DNA of 64,000 bases from Candidatus Hermodarchaeota archaeon. GTDB lineage: Archaea > Asgardarchaeota > Heimdallarchaeia > Hodarchaeales > Hodarchaeaceae. Each line of letters begins with the position of its first letter. The first letter of the stretch is position 1. Shown piece after piece: positions 10,233 to 20,692 of the stretch. The position numbers were made by a program, and so were the translations under genes. The stretch covers positions 99,092 through 163,091 of the forward strand of contig JBHLKY010000007.1 in NCBI GenBank assembly GCA_048886185.1, written 5' to 3'. A model generated the notes under the pieces. It had not been told where the DNA came from and made no database searches. It saw nothing but the letters and a program-made list of their open reading frames with translations.

Positions 10233-11936
10233 ATGAAAGATCCTGCAAAGGATGAAGAATTTAGGAGAAGAATGGAAGAATTACTTCCTTGCATGTTTGA
10301 TTATGTTGATCATTATGCAAAAGAAAAAGGTTCATCTCTCGCCCTCATTGAGTATGAGACGGGAGAAGAAGTGACTTGGAAAGATTTTGCCACAAAAACG
10401 AAGGCATTTGCAGCAAAATTACTTTCTATTGGATTGAAAAAAGGAGATATTGTAGCGACCTCTCTTCCCTTATTAAAAGAACATATCTTTTTAATGTACG
10501 CTTGTTATCGAATAGGAGTTATCATTGCTCCATTAGATCTAAGATTGAAAGCTCAAGAAATAAACCGTAATTTTGAGAAGATTAAGCCTAAAGTATATCT
10601 CTTTTTAGGAAAGACAGAAAATGTTGATTTTCGTCCTATTATTGCTGAAGTAATGAAAAACCATAAAAACACGTGTAAATACTGGGTACAGTTTCAACGT
10701 GAAGAAGACCTGATCATGGATGGAGCTGTGAGTATAACTGAGTTTGTCAAAGGTATTAAAGGAACATATGTTAAATCATTGATAACAAGAAGCGTTAAAA
10801 AAGCGCAGAACCAAATTGCTAAGAATGATCCCTGTTTAATTATCTTTACTACAGGTTCAACTGGTTTTCCTAAACCTGCCCTACTTTCTCATGAGAATAT
10901 TTTAGTACAAAATATTGGCCTTGCTTTAGGTTTTGGTATGGATGAGAATGACATAATGTGCGTTAATCTTCCTCCCAGTCATGTCGGATGCACCACAGAA
11001 CAATTAGCTACAACAATATACAGTGGGGGTATAAGTGTGATTCTACATATTTTTGATGCTGAGAAGACATTAGATGCAATTCAAAAATACAAAGTGACAG
11101 TACTTGGCCAAATTCCAGCCCTATTTGCAATGCAATGGCGTCTACCAAATTATAACGAATACGATTTATCCTCTTTGCGATTTGCCATCTATGGTGGGCA
11201 GGCTGTAACCCGCCCATTCCTTGAACAATTATCTACAATGGCTCCAGAGATGGGGAGTGGTTTTGGCTTAACTGAAAGTTCAGGTTTCATTACATATACT
11301 CCTCACGGTGGAACAGTTGATGATATTCTTGCTAGTATTGGTTATGCTTTTTCCGCTAGTCCCATATCAATTAGAGATTCTATGAAAGCAGATGGTTCCG
11401 CTGGTGATGAAAAGGCTCCTGGAGAAGTTGGAGAGATCTGCTTCTCTGGCCCCCAGGTATTTCTTGGGTATTTTGGTGATGAAGAAAACACAAAAAAGGT
11501 TATTTCTACTGATGGAATATGTTATTCGGGTGATCTGGGTTCTTATGACGATAGAGGGCTTCATTTTGCTGGAAGAGCTAAATTTATTATAAAACCAAAG
11601 GGATACAACGTTTTTCCAACAGAAGTCGAAGATTTTATTGAGCATTCATTCAAAGGGAAGGTTGGTACAGTTGCTTGTGTTGGTATCTCCCATGAGGTCT
11701 TTACAGAAGGAATAATGGCATTTGTCGAAGTAGTTGAAGGATCCACTGTCACCCTAATCCAATTGGAGGAAGCAATGAAGGATATTGCAGCTTATAAACG
11801 ACCAAGTCATTTTGAGATAATAAAAACAGGAGAAATTCCTCTAACGCGGATTGGTAAAACAGATTATATGATTTTGAAACAGAAGGGAGAGGAAATCGCC
11901 CAAAGACTACGATCTGAAGGAAAATGGGATTCCTAA
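10233..11936 (+). CDS. AMP-dependent synthetase/ligase (acyl-CoA synthetase, ANL superfamily)
   Basis: 567 aa. It has the IFTTGSTGFPKPALLSHENI AMP-binding motif. The SD site AGAGGT lies upstream of the ATG. Confidence 0.8.
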   Translation: MKDPAKDEEFRRRMEELLPCMFDYVDHYAKEKGSSLALIEYETGEEVTWKDFATKTKAFAAKLLSIGLKKGDIVATSLPLLKEHIFLMYACYRIGVIIAPLDLRLKAQEINRNFEKIKPKVYLFLGKTENVDFRPIIAEVMKNHKNTCKYWVQFQREEDLIMDGAVSITEFVKGIKGTYVKSLITRSVKKAQNQIAKNDPCLIIFTTGSTGFPKPALLSHENILVQNIGLALGFGMDENDIMCVNLPPSHVGCTTEQLATTIYSGGISVILHIFDAEKTLDAIQKYKVTVLGQIPALFAMQWRLPNYNEYDLSSLRFAIYGGQAVTRPFLEQLSTMAPEMGSGFGLTESSGFITYTPHGGTVDDILASIGYAFSASPISIRDSMKADGSAGDEKAPGEVGEICFSGPQVFLGYFGDEENTKKVISTDGICYSGDLGSYDDRGLHFAGRAKFIIKPKGYNVFPTEVEDFIEHSFKGKVGTVACVGISHEVFTEGIMAFVEVVEGSTVTLIQLEEAMKDIAAYKRPSHFEIIKTGEIPLTRIGKTDYMILKQKGEEIAQRLRSEGKWDS

Positions 11937-12092
11937 TTGTGTATCACCCACATCTTAGAACTTAATTCTATTTTCTTTTTTACAATTTAGAGAACTTATT
12001 TTCCAGAAGTCTATTATCAGATATGATCAACAATGTTATTATTCAATAATGAAATTGACATTACAGATACCTCAGCATAATGGTGACGCAAT

Positions 12093-12911
12093 GTGACCCC
12101 TGACATACTTCTATCCAACGATGATGGTATTTATTCAAGCGGAATTCGCTCATTCGCTTGTGCGATGCAGGAACGTAAATGGGATGTTACGATAATTGCT
12201 CCCCGTTCCCAGCGTTCTGCAGAAGGGAAAGCAATTACTTTCGATCAACCAGTGAGAATACAAGAGGTTCCATTATCTTACCTAAATGGGAAAGTTGGAT
12301 GGCGGACTACTGGTACTCCTGCTGATGCCGTGATTCATGGAGTCTATCAACGAGCGAATGGTGGTAAACCCCCCTTTGATCTAATTGTTTCTGGTATTAA
12401 TGCTGGAGAGAACACCAGTCTTCATTCTATTTTAACATCAGGAACCTGCGCGGTATCATTTGAAGCAGCTCTCCTTGGATTGCCAGCTATTGCGTTTTCT
12501 ATGGATGTGGACGAACGTCTCTTCTTTGATGATTTCGCTGATCCTCTTGGCATGAAAATTGCAGCAAACACTGCCTGTGACATAATGGAAAAAGTACTCA
12601 AAAATAATGGACTTCCTTCTGGTGTTAGATTTCTGAATGTTAATTTTCCTGATACAATTTCGGAAAGTACACCAATTCAAATTTGTCCGATGGCCATGAC
12701 AAAGTATCGTGATTATACAATTCGTCGTGAGGATCCTAGAGGAGTTCCTTATTATTGGATTTGGGGAGAAACGCTAGATATCCCCAAAAACACCGATGCT
12801 TATGCAGTACTGAAGAAAAAAGTCACAAGTATAACTCCTATTACATTTAATTTCGATGGTCGTGAAAATCCAGCTATTAACCAGTCTTTGAATTTCTTAA
12901 AGCGAGAATAG
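12093..12911 (+). CDS. surE: 5'/3'-nucleotidase SurE
   Basis: 272 aa. The N-terminal ILLSNDDGIYSSGI motif is the SurE signature. GTG start. Confidence 0.85.
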   Translation: MTPDILLSNDDGIYSSGIRSFACAMQERKWDVTIIAPRSQRSAEGKAITFDQPVRIQEVPLSYLNGKVGWRTTGTPADAVIHGVYQRANGGKPPFDLIVSGINAGENTSLHSILTSGTCAVSFEAALLGLPAIAFSMDVDERLFFDDFADPLGMKIAANTACDIMEKVLKNNGLPSGVRFLNVNFPDTISESTPIQICPMAMTKYRDYTIRREDPRGVPYYWIWGETLDIPKNTDAYAVLKKKVTSITPITFNFDGRENPAINQSLNFLKRE

Positions 12912-13060
12912 AGGAATTCTATAATAATTCTTGAGTATTTATTCTAGCCTATGTAACATAAAATATCGATATTCCTACAAATTATAACCGAGCTTTTATA
13001 TATATCAATAGAAAAATCATGCAAGTACTTAATATTAAAAACGATTGGTGGTTATTCTAG

Positions 13061-13270
13061 TTGAGTCAAAAAGGGTTTTTAAGCAGATTCTCTTGGCGTG
13101 AATACCTTCTTATTGGAGGATTACTAATTATATGGGCAACGGTTGGTTTCTTTTCTTTTCAAGCTTTTGGTAACGACGATATTGAGACCATAGGGGTTGC
13201 TTTGTTTCTTGGAGTCATATGTACTGGAGCCCTATTGATTCTTATAGCCCTTGTTGAAAGAATATTTTAG
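13061..13270 (+). CDS. small two-TM membrane protein (paralog of 15878..16078)
   Basis: 69 aa, TTG start. LLIIWATVGFFSFQAFG...LILIALVERIF aligns with the 66-aa ORF at 15878 (LIIIWVIAAFALLQAL...ILISIINRLL). Confidence 0.45.
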   Translation: MSQKGFLSRFSWREYLLIGGLLIIWATVGFFSFQAFGNDDIETIGVALFLGVICTGALLILIALVERIF

Positions 13271-14522
13271 ACCCAAGCCATTCCATATTTAAAATTATTC
13301 GTTTCCACTATTCATCAGTTATCATCCTACCCATATTGTAGTTATAATCAAGCATTCTGGACTTTTGTACAAGAAGTATTACTAATATACATAAGATTAT
13401 AATGACATCTTTTATCCTTCTGGTACTTTCCTGTTTGTTCACTGTTGTAATCATCCCAAAGAAAAGGAAATCTGGGAGAAAGTAACACTAAGTAGAGGAT
13501 TGAGAGAATAGTCCAAATAGGCTAAGTTATTAGATCTTTTACAGTTTTTAGCAAAAACTCTAGGTCCTTTTCTAATCTAGTCTTTAAAGTAAAATCCTTC
13601 ATGTATTGCATGTTGAGATGTTTTAATTTTCGTAGTTAGACGCTTTTTGCATCTTCAAAGTTTTGATTTCTATCAGTTTGACCTCTAGCATAGTATAATT
13701 TAAAGACTATAAGATCCTCAGGGATCTGTAAAAAAGCCTTATTATCTTCTGTCTCGAAAACTTCTTGATTGATCCGCTTTTTTAAAGAATTCTTCAAAAT
13801 CAGTATAGATTGTCAATTAAATCTCCTCAAGTAAATTACATAAAAAGGACAAAACGAAGTTGTTTGAGGAGTTCCTTTTCGTTTGCGTTAGGATTTTCTT
13901 TCTTTATTTTTTTAAGTAATGAATCCACAACTGTTTTTGTCATTGATGCAGCGATTTTTGACGATGAACCACCAATGCGTTGAAGAGCCAGAATATCGGT
14001 ATATATTGGATCAATTATTCTTTTTTGCGGTTTTTTCGTTATTTTCCACCTATTAGAACTTAGATGCTTTTCACATCAAGATGCACATATTATCCCATTT
14101 TGAACCACGCTTGGAATGTATCTGCAGTTAAACTAATAAATAGTTTTGTGAATTTATACACCTTTCCATGAAAGACCTTAACAGTTTGACATATTTTCAA
14201 ATTCAGATAGATAAATCAGGAGGATGATGAGAGCTTTGGTTAAATTTGGCAATAATAACAGCATAAACAAGAATTTATTTTTTCTATAGGGGTAAAAAGA
14301 GAATGATTCATCCTAAGAACTTCCATGATGTTGAAAAAAACCTATCATTTCAATATCATTGCAACGCAAACTTAATTTACGTACTGGTATTCTATAGATG
14401 ACAAGAAAGTCAATGTATCAGCGTTCCCAGTCTTAGATTTTCCTCAAATTACGTAAGCCAAGACGAAGTTTTTAATGGAAATTACGAAAGAATTCAATAA
14501 TTTCGAATAGATCTAGCATTTA

Positions 14523-15773
14523 ATGGGTTTGATTTTCATGAAGATAATTAAGGTTGAATTATTTCACATTTCTATCCCACTTAAATCTATATTTTATCCA
14601 TCGTGGATACCTGGATATCCTCAAACACATAATCGTTTTACTCTCCTTCGTTTATCCACTAATGTTGGTATCACTGGAGTTGCTGCTGGGGTGGCTTTTG
14701 GTGAGGAACGTGAGGGGTTAGGGGGTCTATTGGCACCATATATTTTAGGACTGGATCCTTGTGATCTTGATTTAGTACACCAAAGGATGATTGAAGCTTC
14801 CTTTTTAGGTTGGCGAAATTTCTGGATGGAAGCTGCTTTTTACGATATAAAAGCTCAAGCAGAAGGTGTTCCAGTTTGGAAGATGTTAGGTGGAACAGAC
14901 AAACCCATTCCAGTTTATTGGTCTACTGGGGCAACGTGTCAGTCAAAGCGTCATTCAAAAATAGTCGAACAAGCTCAAGAAGCAGGATACAAAGGAGTGA
15001 AACTTCGAGTCAAAACAAAAACCATAGATGAAGATGTTACCGCTATCAGAGAAACAAGATCCCGGGTTGACCAAGATTTTCCTCTAATGATAGATGCAAA
15101 CCAGGGTTGGTTGGTTACTATTGTTGACAGAACCCCTGCTTGGGATCTTAACCGAGCTCGACGATTTGTGGAATCAATAGAAGACCTCAATATACACTGG
15201 TTGGAAGAACCTTTGGAGATGCACAAATATGAAGAATTAGCTGATCTACGAAGCTCCAGTTCAATCAGAATCGCGGGTGCTGAGTTAAATTCTGGGTGGC
15301 ATGAAGCTAGGATGTTACTTCATTTCAAGAGTCTTGATCTCTATCAACCTGATGTTACTGTATTCGGTTTCAAAGATACATTAAAGGTTATTGACGCTAC
15401 AAAACAACAAGGATTGGGATTCAGTCCTCATACTTGGACCAATGGAGTTGGTTTATGGACCAACCTACACACAGCTGCATTAACTAATCGAGAGTTTCCA
15501 TTAGAGTATCCTTACGAACCTGGATCATGGACCCCCGAATATCGAGATGGAATCCTGAAATCTACAATCGTTCCAGATAAAGAAGGCTGCATTGAGCTCC
15601 CAGAAGAGCCAGGCCTTGGCCTAAAAATCGATTGGAGTAAGGTGGAAAACTTTGGAAGAAAATTCTTTTCCATGACAGAAGGAGAATTACGAAAGAAGGT
15701 AATGAAAGAAAAGGGAATTATTTCTGCTCTAAAATTAAAACGTAGGAAAGATAAAGAAGCCAAACAAAGCTAA
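14523..15773 (+). CDS. enolase-superfamily enzyme, mandelate racemase/muconate lactonizing enzyme (MR/MLE) family
   Basis: 416 aa. It has the metal-ligand pattern IDANQGW ... LEEP ... D together with KxK, and a Lys-rich C-terminal tail KLKRRKDKEAKQS. The true start may be the ATG at 14538 (MKIIKVELF). Confidence 0.75.
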   Translation: MGLIFMKIIKVELFHISIPLKSIFYPSWIPGYPQTHNRFTLLRLSTNVGITGVAAGVAFGEEREGLGGLLAPYILGLDPCDLDLVHQRMIEASFLGWRNFWMEAAFYDIKAQAEGVPVWKMLGGTDKPIPVYWSTGATCQSKRHSKIVEQAQEAGYKGVKLRVKTKTIDEDVTAIRETRSRVDQDFPLMIDANQGWLVTIVDRTPAWDLNRARRFVESIEDLNIHWLEEPLEMHKYEELADLRSSSSIRIAGAELNSGWHEARMLLHFKSLDLYQPDVTVFGFKDTLKVIDATKQQGLGFSPHTWTNGVGLWTNLHTAALTNREFPLEYPYEPGSWTPEYRDGILKSTIVPDKEGCIELPEEPGLGLKIDWSKVENFGRKFFSMTEGELRKKVMKEKGIISALKLKRRKDKEAKQS

Positions 15774-15877
15774 TTATGAATAAAGATCTTCATTTATAGT
15801 CTTATAAATTTGTTATATAAAAACGACAACAAACTCTATTATCAAGAAAAAAGAAAGTAAGTCTGGAGTCAATCTAT

Positions 15878-16078
15878 TTGAGCTTTCGAGAGAGATTTAC
15901 TTGGAAGAAATTCTTCTTATTTGCTGGTTTAATTATCATTTGGGTTATTGCTGCTTTCGCTTTGCTTCAAGCATTGAGTGAAGTTGATATCCTAACAGCT
16001 GGCCTCGCAATCATTGTAGGGATTGTATTTTCTGGGATTCTTTACATTCTCATTAGTATAATCAATAGACTTTTGTAA
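15878..16078 (+). CDS. small two-TM membrane protein (paralog of 13061..13270)
   Basis: 66 aa, TTG start. It shares a hydrophobic profile and conserved residues with the ORF at 13061. Confidence 0.45.
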   Translation: MSFRERFTWKKFFLFAGLIIIWVIAAFALLQALSEVDILTAGLAIIVGIVFSGILYILISIINRLL

Positions 16079-16162
16079 AAATGAGTTCATTTCCCTTTAC
16101 CCTGCCAGTCCGAGATGAATTTTGTGTCCCTCTAGTAGTAATCAATATCTGGAGAATTTGAT

Positions 16163-17116
16163 TTGCAAAAACTGGTTGATAAAATTTTAGAAGGTAATCG
16201 TCGGGCTATTGCACAAGCTATTTCTTTAGTGGAAAATCAACCAGATAAGTGTGCCAATTTTATTAAAAAAATTTTTCATGCAACTGGAAATGCATTCATT
16301 GTTGGCATAACTGGCCCTCCAGGATCAGGAAAGTCAACTTTAGTCAATAACTTGGCCGTTGAGTTTCGTAAACTTCAGAAGAAGGTCGGTATTATCGCAG
16401 TAGATCCTACTTCTCCTTTTAGTGGTGGTGCTTTGCTAGGTGATCGAATTCGGATGGATGATTTACAAACAGATCCAGGCGTTTTTATAAGGTCAATGGG
16501 TTCCCGTGGAAGCCTCGGGGGATTAAGTCGAGCAACAATGGATGCTGTTCGTGTCCTTGATGCTGCCAAATATGATATCATCTTGGTTGAGACTGTAGGT
16601 GCTGGACAGAGTGAGGTGGAAATTGTAAGAACTGCTCACTGTTGTTGCGTGTTAGGAATCCCTGGTACGGGAGATGCGGTTCAAGCTATAAAAGCTGGTA
16701 TCTTAGAAATTGCTGATATTTATGTTGTTAATAAAGCGGATCGCCCTGGGGCTCAAGAGATTGTTAATGAGTTGCAACTGCTGTTAAGTCTTGATCCTCT
16801 TGCTGAGGAAAAGGGACGATGGAAAATACCCGTAATTTCTACCTCCAATGTTGAGAAGACAGGAATATATGATTTAGTAGAGACTATACTAAGATTTCAA
16901 GACTATTTAATAAAAGCTGTAGAATTTGCACATGAACGAGAGTTGATCCGTCGAAGAAATGAGATATTGGAGATTATAAAAATTGAATTTTTTGAGAATA
17001 TTTTAGAAAATCTCGTGAATAAACAAAAGTGGGAAGAACTCCTAAATGAGGTCATTACAAAAAAGACTGATCCCTATTCAGCTGCAAAATCCATAATGGA
17101 TCCTCTCTTTAGGTAG
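16163..17116 (+). CDS. meaB: MeaB/ArgK-type G3E P-loop GTPase (methylmalonyl-CoA mutase-associated chaperone family)
   Basis: 317 aa. It has the GITGPPGSGKST Walker A, VETVGAGQSE, and the NKADR NKxD-like motif. TTG start. Confidence 0.85.
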   Translation: MQKLVDKILEGNRRAIAQAISLVENQPDKCANFIKKIFHATGNAFIVGITGPPGSGKSTLVNNLAVEFRKLQKKVGIIAVDPTSPFSGGALLGDRIRMDDLQTDPGVFIRSMGSRGSLGGLSRATMDAVRVLDAAKYDIILVETVGAGQSEVEIVRTAHCCCVLGIPGTGDAVQAIKAGILEIADIYVVNKADRPGAQEIVNELQLLLSLDPLAEEKGRWKIPVISTSNVEKTGIYDLVETILRFQDYLIKAVEFAHERELIRRRNEILEIIKIEFFENILENLVNKQKWEELLNEVITKKTDPYSAAKSIMDPLFR

Positions 17117-17221
17117 TCTTATGAAATTAATCAATTATTTTATTCATTTCACGGTATATATAAGTATTAACAAGAATTTCACAATTAAGTTTGTTTTAGC
17201 AAATAGAAGGTCTACTATAAT

Positions 17222-18904
17222 TTGTTTACATGGGTAACCATTGCTTCAATAATAGCTTTTGTCATAAGCGTGTTTTTATGGATTTATGATGATAAAGGGG
17301 AGAAGATTCCTATAAAAATAATCATGCCTGTAATGGCTTTAACTGCAATTACTGCCTTGTTCAGTCTGTTATTTATCGCTTCTCCTAGTACTTTTACTCA
17401 TTCTGACGTACAAATAATGATTGTCCTATTTTTCACTGTTGTTTTTACCTTTCTTACATTAGCAGAAGAGGAAAAACTTCGGGTAATTCTTTTCGGCAGT
17501 GCCCTCGCTGTTATGCTGATGATTATATTTCTCAACCAATTATTACCTTTAGAGTACTTAAGAAGGCTTACTGATGAACAATTACATAGTATAACTGCGG
17601 AGTATTTATCAGAGGAAATTGGTAGAAAGCTCCCTCTCACTCTAGAACAGCTCATTGAACTTGCTGAGGCTCCAGATCTCTTTTTTGAAGTTGCTTTATT
17701 TGGTTCATTTATTGAATGGGAAGTTATTTCTATCGTTTTTGGGATGAGTTTGCTTGTTGCAGTGCTTTCAGACACTGGTCTCTTTGATATGGTTTCCATT
17801 CGTACAATTAAAGCTTCTCAAGGAACACCCAGGAGGCTTTTAGTATTGGTTTTTTTCCTCACACTAATATTATCAGCCTTATTAGATAATACAACAGCTA
17901 TTATCCTGCTTAGTAGTATTACTATCACAGTCACGCGGGGATTGGATCTAAATCCAAAACCCTATATTTTAGCAGAGGTTGCAGCTACAGTAATGGCTGG
18001 AATAATAACAGTTATAGGTTCTTTACCAGGTATTCTGATTGCCAGTAAGAAAGCAGGTGATATACCATTCATGACATTTACTATTGTTAATTCTGTATTT
18101 ATTGGGGTAGCAGTTATGATATCGATCGGATATATCTTTATGGTCTTTAAAAATGAGTTATCTGTCACAGAAGATATGAGAATCGACCCAACAGTGGTGA
18201 GTTTTTTGGATGAGTGGTCTGTGGTGGACTCAAGGAGAAAATTGTACCTTGGATCAATAGTTTTAGGTGTAGTTATCTTTGGATTGGTACTATCAAGTAA
18301 CATTGGATTATCAGTAGGATTTGTAGCAATAACTGGAGCCATACTTGCAATCATCGTCACAAGAGCCGATATTGATAGCGTTATCCATGAAATTGAACTT
18401 GATTCAATATTATTTTTCATTGGATTGTTTGTATTGGTTGGTGCCTTACAAATATCAGGTGTTCTTGAGGTTTTAGCTGAAATTATGCTTGAAATATCTG
18501 GAGGTGATCCTCTTGTACTTACAATTATTATTATAACAGCTATTTCTATTTTAAGCGCAGTTGTAGCAAATATCCCCATAACAATTGCTTTAGCAGAGGT
18601 TATTCGAATCCTTCTTACTGATCCAGAATTCGCTGGACAAGCTGTTTTTGGATTTCCTGTAGAAGGTTTATTATGGTTTACTTTACTATATGCTGTAACT
18701 TTTGGTGGTGGATTTACTCCATTTGGAACTGTTACAGGAGTTATAGGTGTTCAAGTCCTACAGCAGGAGGGTCATCCAGTAACATTTATGAACTATGTAA
18801 AGAAAATGGCTCCATTGAGTGTAATACTTCTAGTTCTAGGTTTTCTCTATTTGTTAATTCTCCAATTAACAGGAATTTTACCATTATTATTAGGCTTATT
18901 ATAA
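17222..18904 (+). CDS. polytopic permease, ArsB/NhaD (citrate transporter-like) anion permease superfamily
   Basis: 560 aa. It has two hydrophobic halves separated by a hydrophilic insert. Family assignment is by overall architecture only. TTG start. Confidence 0.5.
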   Translation: MFTWVTIASIIAFVISVFLWIYDDKGEKIPIKIIMPVMALTAITALFSLLFIASPSTFTHSDVQIMIVLFFTVVFTFLTLAEEEKLRVILFGSALAVMLMIIFLNQLLPLEYLRRLTDEQLHSITAEYLSEEIGRKLPLTLEQLIELAEAPDLFFEVALFGSFIEWEVISIVFGMSLLVAVLSDTGLFDMVSIRTIKASQGTPRRLLVLVFFLTLILSALLDNTTAIILLSSITITVTRGLDLNPKPYILAEVAATVMAGIITVIGSLPGILIASKKAGDIPFMTFTIVNSVFIGVAVMISIGYIFMVFKNELSVTEDMRIDPTVVSFLDEWSVVDSRRKLYLGSIVLGVVIFGLVLSSNIGLSVGFVAITGAILAIIVTRADIDSVIHEIELDSILFFIGLFVLVGALQISGVLEVLAEIMLEISGGDPLVLTIIIITAISILSAVVANIPITIALAEVIRILLTDPEFAGQAVFGFPVEGLLWFTLLYAVTFGGGFTPFGTVTGVIGVQVLQQEGHPVTFMNYVKKMAPLSVILLVLGFLYLLILQLTGILPLLLGLL

Positions 18905-19128
18905 GATAACTGATATTATTAACAACAAAAACTCTTCATTGATTATTCTCCGAAAATAAACGAAAAACGTATAGACCAAGCTACCAATCCCTTAAGCCAT
19001 CTGATCGGTTCGTTTAATTTCCACAAAGACAAAAAGGACGAGAAGAGCTAAAGCCCTTGTACAATGAGTGAGAGTCAAGAGGCATTATTTTAGATGGCAT
19101 GAGAACTCCTTCTTTTGGTTATCTGCTG

Positions 19129-19147
19129 AAAGATTTTAGGAAAAATC
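19129..19147 (+). repeat. copy A of the 19-nt motif AAAGATTTTRGGAAAAATC
   Basis: The sequence aaagattttaggaaaaatc, overlapping the 3' end of gene 19136..19408. Confidence 0.5.
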
Positions 19148-19408
19148 GCCATCTCTCCGCTCACCTCTTCTTCCTTCAGTAGGAATATAATAAACTTGTA
19201 AAAGCCAAGTAACGAGGTAAGCGATAAGCAGAAAATATACAACTGCAACAATAGCTTGGATAATGTCTTGAAGTATCATGAGTAGGGGAGGAAGAAACCC
19301 AAAGAGTACACTACTAACAAAGAGAATAACCAAAACGAGTCCAGAAAGAAGGAAAAGCCCCTTTTTGGTAAGAAGTCCTTTCCATTTTGAGATTTTGAGA
19401 TCTCGCAT
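19136..19408 (-). CDS. small hypothetical membrane protein
   Basis: 90 aa with two predicted TM helices. I recognise no family. Confidence 0.35.
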   Translation of the reverse strand: MRDLKISKWKGLLTKKGLFLLSGLVLVILFVSSVLFGFLPPLLMILQDIIQAIVAVVYFLLIAYLVTWLLQVYYIPTEGRRGERRDGDFS

Positions 19409-19464
19409 TTTTTCCCTATTTAAGACAGACCCTTGACTAATAAAAAGCTATCGAATGGTAAACT

Positions 19465-19481
19465 CAATTTTAGGAAAAATC
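19465..19481 (+). repeat. copy B (partial) of the 19-nt motif
   Basis: The sequence caattttaggaaaaatc, in the divergent intergenic region. Confidence 0.45.
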
Positions 19482-19548
19482 TCACTTTCCATAATTTCTG
19501 AGAGAAATGAACCTGGGTGTGATTAGTGGGAATATAATTCGCCAAATC

Positions 19549-19567
19549 AAAGATTTTGGGAAAAATG
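19549..19567 (+). repeat. copy C of the 19-nt motif
   Basis: The sequence aaagattttgggaaaaatg, about 70 nt upstream of the TTG start at 19636. Confidence 0.5.
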
Positions 19568-19635
19568 AAATACAATTTATAAAGGTAATTAGGGAGATCT
19601 ACATCAAGCTCTTGTACGATTAGTGGTTTAAGACG

Positions 19636-20190
19636 TTGAAGGATAAAGTAAGAAAATTTTTGCAGAGAAGAATAGGGAAAGAAGCTAGAGAGAAGCTTTT
19701 TGCGAATTCGAATGTTGAGGATAATTCTGTCCCAAGACTCTGGCAGTGGATTGAGGAATGTTTTAGAGAACTGGAGTTAGGGGAACACGCAGACAGAGCG
19801 AAAGAGATTGACAAGTTTACAATGGAACTATTTGGCGCCCATACTCAAACCAAGCGGTGGATAGAGGATTTTGAGACAGTAACACAAGTGCGAAATCTGG
19901 GAACCATTTACAATCTGATAAGGGAATGTAATTATTCTGTTCCGTGTTGTACGGAAAATGTATTGAACATACGAAGAAAATTTTTTCAATTGCATCGGCC
20001 AACAAAGCTTAGGTTTTATTGTATGCAAGGCCCCTGTCCTTTGTACGAATCCAAGACACAGTATTGTAATCATCACAAAAGCTTGTACATGGAGATCTTT
20101 CACTATTTAGAACGAAATTTACCCTGGAAGTATTACGAGGACGGGGAAGGCGTATTAGTTGCAAATAATACAGAATGGTTTGATGCCTGA
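19636..20190 (+). CDS. hypothetical Cys/His-rich protein
   Basis: 184 aa. The C-terminal half is CC..C....C..C..C.HH..H-rich (VPCCTEN, CMQGPCPLY, CNHH). It may bind metal. I recognise no family. TTG start. Confidence 0.4.
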   Translation: MKDKVRKFLQRRIGKEAREKLFANSNVEDNSVPRLWQWIEECFRELELGEHADRAKEIDKFTMELFGAHTQTKRWIEDFETVTQVRNLGTIYNLIRECNYSVPCCTENVLNIRRKFFQLHRPTKLRFYCMQGPCPLYESKTQYCNHHKSLYMEIFHYLERNLPWKYYEDGEGVLVANNTEWFDA

Positions 20191-20263
20191 ACCGATTTTC
20201 ATCTGAGGAAGGAGCCAACTCCAGGGGAGAGTAATAACCAATTAAACATGGTAAGTTCTGACG

Positions 20264-20282
20264 AAAGATGTCGGGAAAAATC
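20264..20282 (+). repeat. copy D of the 19-nt motif
   Basis: The sequence aaagatgtcgggaaaaatc, about 75 nt downstream of the stop at 20190. Confidence 0.45.
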
Positions 20283-20692
20283 TTAATTACCACACAGTTA
20301 GCCCTTGTGATTAGAGCTGCTATATTAGTGTTTGGAAAACTCTTGATGAATGGATCACTACTAATAATTGCGAAAGAACCAGCATTGGTTCTGTAGTGAT
20401 CACTCAGGCTGACTTGAATCCTCCTGATAAAAGCTGAAACATAGTACCTAAATTAAAGCTGAATAAAAGAAAGAAACGAGGTAATTGAAAAGAAAGGTAT
20501 CTTCTCTGTCTCCGAAAATGGATCATAGCATAAGTCAAGAGAAAAATCTTTCGAAAAAGGAGATAATTAAAACTCAGATATTTCTTTTAGAATATTCCTG
20601 ATAATAAGAGTATTTATAGAACAACTAATAACACCTCAGTAACAGACCCAATTAATTTAATATAACTTTTATTCGAATTTGAGGTTTTTTTT

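Noticed and set aside
14221-14300. C/D-box sRNA suggested by GATGATGA at 14224
   Set aside because: There is no downstream CTGA D box and no terminal stem within about 80 nt. The motif instead overlaps an SD-ATG mini-ORF.
17398-18579. Long antisense ORFs (133 and 205 aa) inside the 17222..18904 permease gene
   Set aside because: Their composition is low-complexity (S/T/I-rich), they have no motifs, and they lie opposite a well-supported membrane transporter frame. They are typical of spurious ORFs in AT-rich DNA.
20009-20293. 94-aa minus-strand ORF overlapping the 3' end of gene 19636..20190
   Set aside because: It overlaps a better-supported gene, has no motifs, and has no SD. It is likely spurious.
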